Below are positions 36,301-48,300 of a DNA stretch of 64,000 bases, in pieces (the first letter of the stretch is position 1; each line of letters opens with the position of its first letter). The position numbers were made by a program, and so were the translations under genes. The DNA is from Tubiluchus corallicola (lineage: Eukaryota > Animalia > Priapulida), in NCBI GenBank assembly GCA_030141605.1, contig JAQGDQ010000153.1, forward strand, positions 310,001 to 374,000, given 5' to 3'. Under the pieces are notes generated by a model, which saw only the letters and a program-made list of their open reading frames with translations, was not told where the DNA came from and ran no database searches.

Positions 36301-39300
36301 CGCAAAGATAAAATAAAGAGAAATTTTGTCATGAAATTGAGTTTGTAACACCGGTGAGATCTGTGGCAAAATTAACTAAACCGTCTCAACATTAAAGCTA
36401 CAGCCACCTGGCCGTTTGATAGAACACAACATTTTGTTATACTCAGGCCTTTTTAAACAGTCAGTTGCAAAATGCGGAAATGTTGCTTTCAAACTTTTTT
36501 TAAGTTAAAAATCTCGGGTGACAACGAGTTTAATTTTTCATAGCTTACAGTTTTCAGAAAGAGTAGATGAGTAAATGTACTCAAATAAGAATAGAAAGTT
36601 TTCGTTTCTTCACACATTTTTATAGAGATATGTTAACTTACAATAATATAATCTTCGCCTTTTTATTGCGTTTAGAAACTTTTGAAAATTTACAAACCCA
36701 CAATAAAGCATATTAATTTAAACCCACTTATCGTTCTGATGTCATCGTTGATGTTTAAGTGTGATAACAGCAGCTTCAAGACTACGTTTTTGTTGAACAA
36801 GTCTTTTCACGCTAGAGGCACCAGCCTTGAGCTCACTTTTTGCTTGGGAAACCAGGACACTGGCTTCAATAAAAATTTATCGTGTAAAGCGTTTCTGTAC
36901 GTTTGGATGCTGGCTGGAAGGGTAAGCGCGATTTCTCAGTCAGCTACAGCTGACTTTGGCAGTAGCCATGTTTCTTCCGAGGAGACGTTTGTTAACAGGA
37001 GTTGGGATCCGAATTCGGTTATTTCTGGAGGTAATTTCAGGCCATGCAGCCACGTTCACACGTTACTTGAAACCCTGCAAACAACAGATTGGAGTTTTTG
37101 ATGATTTACAATAAGGGATTTTAAAAAAAGAACACCAAAAGGTGAAGATTTATAATCTAACAATAGGCTAATTTTATGAAAGATTTTTACAGTAAAATTT
37201 TACAGCAGAGCATTTTATTGGCCATGAGATAAAAAATACGTGCTTAATGAACGTTTCCCAATTTCGTTAAGGTTGTTTAGCATGGATATAATTTTGTATA
37301 ATGAAATCTCAACTTAGTGCGCATGTTTACTCTGCTGTCAAAGATAAACCGAGTAGGATAGATAGGTGATGGTGTCTTGTTACCTTCGGAAAACTAATCA
37401 CCCAAGGGAGATAAAGCAAGGAAAAATAACTTGAACTGTGCTGACTGGTAATGTTGCTTTAACAAACCGTTAACAGTTTTTGGTGTAATCTAATCCATAC
37501 ATGAATGTAAAATCTGATTTGAGAACTGGCTGGCGAATAACGGACGAGAATGATAGCTTAAATTAATTCTTAATTTCGAGGTCATCATTGAAAGCATCAA
37601 CTCACGACTATTAATGAAAAGGGAGCAGAAAAATATGAAGCAGTGACATAACCTGGATTTGAACCAGAAGCCTTGAATTACCTACAAATTATGCCATAAC
37701 CACTAAACTATAACGCTCCTCTCATTAAAGCAAATCTTATTTCAAGCTTAATAGCTCACGAGCTATTCTAACATTTCTGAGTGCTAGTTGACTCACACTA
37801 GAGCATTTCTACTTAATTTGCATCTTAGAATAATTCGCGGATAGTAGTTCATTCATTAAAAGCTTAATTTTACGATTATTAGTAAATGACGAAATCAAGC
37901 TACGACCATTGAAACCAAATTTGACCCGGAATGAAGAAAATGCGAAGAAATGGAGCTAGATTTAAAGTAAAACCTTTTTGTTATAAGTCCCTAAAACTGT
38001 TGTCGATTGCTGATCATTGATTGTTAAAAGTCGGCTTGATTGAAGCAGTCAGTCTGGTCTAATAAATAGGAAATCTGAAAAAAATTGTTCGTAGAAGTTT
38101 ATTTCTTGTGTATGATTTATGTGTGATTTTATTAAAATCTTGAAATCCAATATTAATGTTAAGTTGTAGCTTATCCTTCTTAGCTCGAATAAAACATAAT
38201 AGGCTACCATTAGTAATTTCGACATTATATTTTGGGTTCTTAGTAATCTGTGGCAATCGTCAAAAGAACATCGTATGCCTGCATGAATTTTACCTTGCGA
38301 CACGTCAATTGAAGCTCAGCTCAAAGCAAGTTACTGATGAGCTCTCGAAGTCAAAAAGCTAAATTAGCAGAGAGGTTAGTTACTGTAGACGAACAATATT
38401 GCATTTATCAAACAGACCTGTACTCAAACTATTGCAAGACATGGGCTCCAAGCTGTGCGACGTCCGCTGCTGCGAGCACTTACGAGCAAGTGTAATCTCT
38501 TTATAAATAAAAGCTTGCCTTTGCAGCCTGTCTCTGCTAGAAACGACTTTCAGAATATGCAATATGATCGGCAGACCGCCCACCACGTTAGCCTGTTCGC
38601 CTACCGATTGGTATCATTATTGCCAATAGTTTGTGCCCAAATGGCGATCATTTGGCCTAATTGTCCAACGCGAGTTGGAAGATAAATTTCCTGTAAGTAA
38701 AACATCATCCTTGAAGAAAATCAATTGCGTGCATCTCGTATTGAGACTGTTGCTTAGTATAAGAGCATTTTAACGTCTTGGTGATCAAGATCTGTGGTGA
38801 CTTCATTAAGCAGCTACCATTAGTGACGATATTATGTCATTCAGAACAGTACTTTAGTCTGTGTTGCGATTGACAAAGCAAAGAAACTCACTAGGTATTG
38901 GATACTCACATTTTAGGTACTTACAGCGTTATTCAGATGTGATTTACCTTCGAATGTCAGTCGGTATTTATGTTGAGATATCTGTAAACTTACTGTTACC
39001 GTTACGCATTGCGTTGATGTTTGTTAGTTTTCAATAAAAATCTTATTACTTCCATGTGCATGTATTATACATCTTACCAGAGTCACCATAACATTAAAGC
39101 TAGTTTGGGGCAGTGGTTCGTTATAATAGTTGTAACTAGTATTAGCACTTAATTCGCTCAATTTGGTGTTATTTTGTGTAAACACGTCCTCAAAAATTAT
39201 TATTTTTAAACATTATATAACAACATTTTAAGAACTTCACGACGTACCAAGGCATGGTTGTTTAAAAACATTGACCTTGACGTTTCGAAACCTGTTGGCA

Positions 39301-42300
39301 GCTTTATTGAGATGTGACATAATACTAATGAATAAAGTAAAACACGGACTTAAAACACACAAACTTAAAACCAAAATCGTATAAAATAAACGAAACTAAG
39401 ACGGACACTTTTATATAATCGCATTTATTTAAGTCCATTACTGCAAACTACAACTTAGTTTAAACTTATATTCCCATTTTATGTCAGTTTTAACAGTCCA
39501 GTTTTGTGTTTTTAAACTTTAAAATGTTTCATCTAGTAATTTAAAGCTGTTATTTTGATCTCATCACACTGTAAATTATTTGATTTCAATTATCTTGCAA
39601 TTGTAATGTCTAAAGAAGAGACTCGAGGATTTCGAAACGTCATGGTCAATATATTTTAAGCAATCATGCCTTGGTACGTCGTGAAGAATTATCTCGAAAA
39701 GTCATTACAAATGAAGTACATTTTACAATAACATCTTATTTTCACATAGTTTTTAGTGTAGTGTTAAAAATGATTTGAACTTTTCGCTATTCCATGACAG
39801 AACTGGTAATAAAAGCTAATCACCAACGAAAAATGCAATTTGAAACTCATTTTCTTGGCACACGGCAGACGACAATCATGCGTTTTAAAATCTTTAAAGC
39901 ATTTGACGTAAATTTTTGTAAATTATTCTTTTCCACTTTCAGAGTTTAACGAGGCATTCCGACTGTTTGACAAGGATGGCGATGGGACGATTACAAGTGA
40001 TGAATTAGGAATTGTAATGAGGTCGCTGGGGCAGAGGCCAACAGAAAGAGAACTACGAGACATGATCAATGAGGTCGACGAAGACGGTACGAGTTTACGC
40101 AATACGGCAGTCTTTTCAGTGTACGCTTTGCCATCCTGGCGCCGAAATAATTACTGAACATTTTTTTTAAAATATTGAGATTCATTTGGAAAGGAATAGT
40201 TACCCATCTATCTCTCTGCGTGCGTGTGTCTGGCCGTGCAGCACAATCAAAACGGATGAGCTATGATCACTAAACTTGACACAGAGAACGGTCTGGGTAA
40301 AACATGGTAATCCATTGATTTCAATTCAAAAGGACAAAAGTCAAGTTTAAGAAGTGTCAAAATATATTTTTGCTCCAAATTGACTTCATATAAGGGCACA
40401 GCTCTATACAGTGGCTTCCCTTCCAGTTATTAGAAAAAAAATTTATTACCGAGGCAGGAGCACGTGCAATCCTAGCAGAATATTGTCAAGCCGAATACGG
40501 GGCGCATTACCTGTCACATGAATCCACCTTTTGTTGCTTAAAAGCCTGTCAAAAGAATGATGTAGAAATAACAAACAAATAAACATTTTACTTAAAATAT
40601 TGAAATTAATTTAAAAATGAACATATACTAATGCGAGAATTCTTGGATAGTAGAGCAAATTAATTGCTCAGGCGACTATACAGTGAAAACACAAGAATAC
40701 AAAAAGTACAACATATTCAACGATAGAACAATGGCTAGTGTCATAACGGGCTCTCTACAGTTTCAGACATAAGGGACAAAGAAAAACACTTTTGCAAAAA
40801 TGGTGCGCAGAAGTTTTTGTTTAGTGCGTTTCTGGCTTCGTTCTATATACAGTGCCATTCTGTGTGTTTTCATGCTCTCCCACCGAGATGCTATTTTTGA
40901 TGTAAGCTACTTCAGACATAATCTACAAAACACTGGGAAATAAAGCTAGTGTTGTCATGCAAAGCTGCGTGCTCATTTTATTTGTTTTTTGTACATTTTG
41001 GGGTCGAATCAAACCATGATGGTAAACAGAACCGACCGTGGCGCTTTAGTTGTGCTCGCGTGAATAAACAAATTTTCCTGCAGCACTTCAGGCGCAGATA
41101 TACTATTTCGCTGTGCTTTGAGGGTAAAATTGATGCAAACACCTGGAGTGACTGTTTGTTGGGAGGAAGCCCTAACAAGTGAAAAAATGATGGAAACTAA
41201 TGACGCTGTATGGCTTATGGCAAACCAAAAGAAACATCTATAATAGCTTGTTACTGTAATTAAGCAGCTCTTAGAAGACTATTCATTTTGCTTAGAGAAA
41301 GTAATATTCACCAGTTTATAAATAACTGTAAAGATATCACATTGAGGAGCCACCAAGCACGTGGTTTCACTGAGGCAAGCTGGAACGATTACAGTAGCTT
41401 TGAATCTATGTTTAAACAGACAAACAAAGATGAAAAATTGTGTTTATCCATGGTTTTAAAAACCTTAACAGTTCTATAACTAATATGTGCATGGTTGCAA
41501 ATTGTAAATCATTTATTGGTTTGCTGCTAAGCAAACTAGAGCAACGACCTATTAAGAATCGCTAAATTTCCAGCTAATGAATCATGCAAACCGACTAAAA
41601 AAACCAAGCCACTTAATATAAACATGTTTGTACACCAGGCTGCCGAGTTTCTTAGCGTATTTTACCAAGCCGGCTAAGTAAAAGAAATAACTTTAATATT
41701 TCAGACAGCTATATCCGGGTACTTGAGTTATTTCCTGAAACCTTGCTTGGTATTTATAAAAGAGATGATGTTGTTAACGTATTAAAAAGTCAAGAGGCTT
41801 ACCACATGTCTTTAAAATAAACAGCCCACCCCTTACCGTTTTCTACAACACATTTGTTATCTTTTGGTTTATCAGAACTTTTGTTTATATGTTTCTTAAA
41901 AAGCACGTAAAGTAGCTAAAAATAATAGCAGTCATTGCAATTATCGACACGTGTTTGTTAAAGATGTAAGTGATGGGTATATAATTTCCTTTCGTGACAT
42001 ATTTTGCCATGAGTTATCAAGCCTATCCGTTGTTCGCTGTAATTTTACAAAAATATAAAAACTAGGTGGCAGGCACTTTCAAAGATAGGCAGCCATGCGT
42101 TGAGTGTTTCAGACTGATAACTTGCATACAAGTAGGATGAACAGTTTGACAAAATCTTAATAGACCATTTGTCCTTATTTATTTGTAAGTCATCCTGCCA
42201 GTCTGAATGCTGCTGTCAAAATTTTCACATTAATGTTGTTTACTTTATTTGGCTGTAGGTAATGGTACAATAGAATTCAACGAGTTTTTAATGATGATGT

Positions 42301-45300
42301 CAAAGCGTATGAAGGACACAGATCAGGAACAGGAACTGCGTGAAGCATTCCGGGTTTTTGACAGGTATGTGTGACATCATAGTGCTTGGCTTCGTTATTT
42401 TACCAGGTTTTATTATGCTTCACTATGCTGATTCTGAGGCGGACTCGTTATTAAGGTTAACCTACTGAAATGAGACACATCAAGGATGAGACCCGTACAC
42501 CTTCCTTTGCTAGTAAACACCTAGAATCAGTATGGTGAATAAAGCTGCCTAGACAGAGTATTGAGCATGCACCAACTGCTGTTAACTTCAGATCGTCAAG
42601 ATACACCGTGACCACTCAGCTATTTGTCAGAGCACTCATCTCAGTGTTTCCTCTTATCGAGTACGTTTTTTAACAAGAAGCATGTTCTATTTCAATTTAT
42701 TTTGTTTTTTTGTAAATATTTCGCACTTTCTGATTGGCCCACTGAGGTAATGATTCGTATGTTAACTTTAAGCTTAGGTGTTAATTTATCTACCAAATAT
42801 TTACATGAAGCATGTGTAAAAGTTCTGCGAAATCTTTCTGTTCTATATTTATAAGCTTTGCTGTTTCATGCACGTTTCGAAAGGTTATGAGTTGATCACA
42901 CATGCAGGTTCATGAACAGTGTCGCGGACTGTTGCAAATGTAAAACAGTCGCGATTTTAAACACTTGTTGAAGCCGCATTCATAGGTAGTTTTGACCTTG
43001 CATGGCATACGTGATCTTAAACTTGTACTTAACCTATTTTTAGACATTATGAATATCGTATCTTATAAAAGCCTTCTGTCAAACTAAATCGTTGGTAATG
43101 TCTAGGTACTGTGTCTTAGAGCACACAGAACATTACCCCCGTTAGATGACTTACTTATAGATTAGTTTTGATAAATGTTTATGCTTATGTCAATCAGTAT
43201 TATTTGTTTCTTGCACTCTTTGTTTCACAACATTAATGTTGTTTGTCTATGTAAATTTTGTAAAATATATATATGTTGGCATTGCAGTTAACTGTTTCTC
43301 TTTTTTATAGCAATTTAAAACACAAGTAAGTACTGTGTTCTGCATATAAATATGCTTCTCTTTTTACTCACGCTTTTCGGCTTTGGTTACTAAAGAAAAG
43401 GTAATTTAGGAACCTTGGACCTTCAGTGTTTCTCCCCCTCTATACTATCAAATTACCTTCAAAATTCCGTCTTTTCTTTACAAACAGTTTGATTTACATT
43501 TTCTATGACGCTACTATGAATGAAACCCATTTCAGTTCTTATTTGTAGCCAATTTCACAACAAACATTTTCCATAAAAAATCTTAAATATTCTTAGAATT
43601 TATTAAATTTGTGTGTAATTGATTTTTATTTTGTTCTTATTTTAAAATACATGTACACGTGGTTTGATGAGAAATGAAATCTAATAACGAATAAAAATGA
43701 AACAAATGCGCATGGCTTCATATAAAGTTTCATCTAACTGTAGTAATCCGATTTTCCACTTTAATGTACAGATCTTTGAACTATAATTTTTCAACTCAGC
43801 GCAGTCTGCTTCAATTGAACATTAATTCGCTAAAGATGGCTTTTTGACACTGCTTTAATGTAGAAAGTTTCATTTAACATTAGTATAATGTAGGCTGCAA
43901 TAGAAGCTGACAGGAAAAAAATGGTTCTGGTGTGTTGAGTAGTACGGTTTCTCATTGGTTACAGCTAGCTGGCACTGATTGACCGTTTTTCCGAGGAAAC
44001 TCTTGCTAAGAAGAGTTAGGGAACATGGGTTGCTCATTGCACACGGTTTCACTTCTCATTGTTGCTTCGGTATAGGTAGCTTTGAACGTGGGTTCGCTGT
44101 TCATTGTTTCATTATAAACGTCGTACTGCAAATTGCTTTAGAATAAAAGTGGTTTTGTATAGATGGCTTCAATTCAGATGGTTTTATTTCAACATGCAGG
44201 ATGCTTTTTGGAAATGGTAACTTTACGTGGCGTTAGTGTGTGGGAGGCTTTGATCAGTAAAGTTCAGTGTAGCTGTGGTTTCATAGTCCAGTACATAGCT
44301 TTACTGCACATGCTTTTTTGTATAGGCCTTCAGTTCAAGTGGTTTTATTGCACATAGGTAGCTTTCCTGTACATGGCTATAATGTAGCGAGCTTCATTAT
44401 GGTGCGACTTCAATGTAAGTTGTTTCACAGTAGGCTTACAATGTGTGTATGCATTGTTTGACTGAGTGTGTCGCTTTACTGCAGACCTGTTAAAAGCAAA
44501 TGGTTTTAACGTGTAGTCCAAAGATGAAAATTTTAAATTTAATACAGTGTATCAGAAGATGTAAGCTTAGAATCATTATTGAAGTTACATGTGTGGTAAT
44601 GTTTGATGACAACTTAAGTACAATAAAATCAATGCTTTCGTAATTTTAAAAATAAAAAAGTTTTACCAGATATGTTTTGTAAATCACAGCACAGAAGCCT
44701 ACCAAACGAAGCCGTTTGGAAACACAGTACAACAAAGCTAGTTGAACATTGCCTGATGTCACTATAGTTATGTACACTCAAATTATATACAACGAAGTGT
44801 ATATTATATAAGCACGAATTTAATTCTATGATACACTGATGTAACCTGCTACATCGAAAGAATTAAACCATCTACACAAGTACAATAAAGCCCCTCTACA
44901 CAAAAACAATGTACAAAGGAAGCTTTTTGCATTGAAGTAATGAACAATAGCCTGTCACTTATAATAACTGCACCTAGAACAATACATTGAAGTCGTATCA
45001 GGTTCAATTCACTAGCTTTATTGGTCTTTGTTTCCAGATGACTTCGTTTAGTAGGTTTCTGTGTTGTTATTTGCAAAACATCTTATAATTTTTTTTTATT
45101 TCTATTTATTTATAAAATGGCGAAAATATTGATTTTATGTTACTTAAAATGTTATCAAACATTACCAAACATATAAAATTTCCATCTTTGAGACTACGAT
45201 ATTAAACTCATCAGGTTTTGACTGTTGCCCTAAAACACTTTTTAACATTGAAGCGGACGGGTTGAAATGTTGCGTTCTTGCGGTATCATCAGTTTAACCT

Positions 45301-48300
45301 TTTCTCTGCAGAGACGGTGACGGGTTCATTTCACCACCAGAGCTGCGTTACGTCATGACTAACCTGGGAGAGAAACTCACAGACGAAGAAGTGAACGATA
45401 TGATCAAGGAAGCGGATTTAGACGGAGACGGCTTGGTGAATTATAACGGTGAGCAGTGCAGTGAAGATATTATAATTATACGGCGTGATGACATTGGAAT
45501 TGTTGTGAACTAACGCTTGTTAAGTGATGGCAGTGTGGTTCTTGAGTACACTGCATGCAGAAAACTCATAGCAATAACTAAGACAGAATCAAATTTCACG
45601 TTAATTCAGTATCAATATTTACAATATAAACCCAAATCAAAGTAATAATTTTTCACATCAAGACATGTAGGCTTGTTAAAAGTAAGAAACGAAGAAAATT
45701 TTATTGTTGTATTCACATATCATTGCAGGTTATGCGTCACAAATTGGTCTGTTGACTACATTTTTTTATTATTCTGTTAAGCGTATTAAAAATTATTTAT
45801 ACCTCTCCAATTATTGCAGTAAACTAGTCAGGACTGCATGCACGGTGCACGCATTTGCACTTTGCATTGATTTCAGCATTGTTTTCAGCACTCTCAGTTC
45901 TATGCTCATTATGCTTTGCAGTTGTTTGATTTCTTACAGTTCTATTGCAATTTTCATTGAAGTTTTGCTTGATTTTTTTTGTCTTGCGTCATTAGTTTTG
46001 TTTGAGTATTGTTTGTATATAGCACCTTTTTTAAGTTCGATAGCTAACTCGCTGTTAGTGGGCTTAGCGGCTTAGTTGGATGACCATACTTCATGCATTA
46101 AACAAAACGTCATGCATGGTTTCATTTCAGACAAATAAGTAGCATAAAACCAAATTAGAACAGATGTAAATTCTTAACATTTTCATTCAATTATCTGAAG
46201 ATTGTTACTGTTACAATTTCCAGATATCGTTCGATAGTATATAAACAAGAAGTCAATAATTCCATATACATCTACTCATTATATCCACTTGGTGTGGTAT
46301 CTTATTAACGCTTCTGAGTAACTCAGTATAAATAGTGACAAAATAATATGGACGTCGTATAAATAATGAACAACTAAATAGGAATATCAATAAAAGCTGG
46401 TATAGTAGTTGAATAACTGTCTTTGTTGAAGTGAAACGCCAGCTAAGTAAAAAAGTTAAATAGGAACGGTATCACATTTTTAATTTCAATTAACTCAATG
46501 TATGCCAAGTATTCCATAATGCAAAATAGTTTTCTAAACGCAAAAGGGGTATTAACGTTGAATGTAGTTAATTTCGCCAGCTTCATACAGTCAGCAGAGG
46601 CTAGCACTATTCCGAAAGCTCTCATTTGGATAACAATCCAAACAGCATAGCATTGTACATGTAAAAGCATGTATGAGTAAGTAAAAAAGCATACTATTGT
46701 CTTATTCTAGTGGAATGAAGGGCACTTACTAGCATTTTACTGGCCAGCAGCAATTAATCTACCATTCGTTTGGCGGCATCGGAACCCATAATCCAGCACC
46801 CAATTAAAAGATTTACTGCTAGTAGTAAACTAGTAGCTAGTAGTGTTCAATGGATGTAAAGGCCTAGAACTAGTTATCAAGGATAGTCCTCTAATATGAG
46901 ACTCTTAACCGGGTCAAGTTCGTATGTTTATACATCTTCCAGAAATATTCAGGCATATTTACAATTGTTCAGAACCAATCTTCCTGGTGGTCGCCTATCT
47001 GTTTACTATCCAAGTTTAGTATTGCATAATAGCGGCAGTTCGCACGCCGTGATCATTCAGATATTCTGCCCGCCCTGCTTGTGCCGTTACAGATATCATC
47101 TATTTTTCTGTCGATTGTCAATATATTTTATTTGCCAATTGATTAGCATGGAGAATAAAAAATTTTCAGTCTCACGCTTGACGAATGATTTAACGAGTTT
47201 TGCAACAGTGAGATTGAGAATTGAGACACTGACATGCTCCCCTGTGTTTCATTTGCGCAGGTTAAAGTAATTATTGGAAACGGCCAGACGCGCTCAAGTT
47301 TGTAGCATCAAATTTGCTCTTCTTTATTAAATTGTTCTGTATCGTTTCTGCGAGCTATAAATCTTTAATACCAACGCACATTGAGTTTAGTAGCCAGAGG
47401 ATTGCAAAAGTATGTCAGTTGAAGGAGTAAGTTACCTTTAGAAGAAAAAAACACGAGACCTGGACTTTCATAATAGTTGTTTATGAGCAATATTTCATTT
47501 GTATGTGGCTTGAGTGTTACAGGTTTGGATTGTTAACTTTGTTATTTAGTGACAGTTGCATTGTTTATGACCTATTTTAGAAGCTGTGCGTGGATGAGTG
47601 CGTACTGTGGGTGCGAAGTTCAATTTTGTCTCTTTGTTTGTTTGTCTGAAGTTGAAGTCTAGCTTTGCAATGAATTTGAAGATGTGCAGTGTAGCGTTTG
47701 AGAGGGCGGTAAACGGAGTCACTGTGCTAAAATGCATTTTCGTGTTTCGGTAAATTTGTGGAGTCTGAAGTTGGTTTTTGAAAGGGAAATGTAAAAAGTA
47801 GCACACGTTAGCTCATAAAAGAATGAAAGTAGTTGCGGTGCTTTCTGAGAAGGGTGGTTGGGTGGCTGTGGGCATTGTAGATCAGTAGTTAAGGTAGGTC
47901 TTACCTACCAGGAAGACGGTTTCGAAAAGTCATTCCTGAGCGATCCTTGTCTCTTTTTTAACGATACGAGTGCTCATTTTTCTACAGTGTTGCGAAATAG
48001 GTGTTCCATCAGGACCATCCTTGGGAGATGATCAGCTGGCTTGATGTTCCAGTTGACTGTACGGTTGAGAAACGTTATATTGGCTCCCTATCACATCCAT
48101 GATTATTTAAGTTACCTGAAAATTCGTGTAGGTCGAATACAAAGAATGTTTAGGCTTAAGATCGTCACAACCGTTTTAGCTTGTTTAATAGTTAATATCC
48201 AATACTCGTTAGAAAAACTGTTTGTAAGACTTGTGAAACTGATGTAATCAGAACTATTTTGCTTTGGGGAAAAATAGTTTTGAAAAAAATCAACGCAACG

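Noticed and set aside
36682-37101. 139-aa plus-strand ORF in CaM-like intron 2
   Set aside because: Non-ATG start, no recognisable motif and no compatible splice sites.
38455-38692. Plus-strand ORF and donor as an alternative CaM-like first exon
   Set aside because: Splicing to exon 3 in the CaM frame creates TAG immediately.
40994-41023. FGVESNHDG resembling a 2A motif
   Set aside because: Lacks the D and NPGP residues; a chance match.
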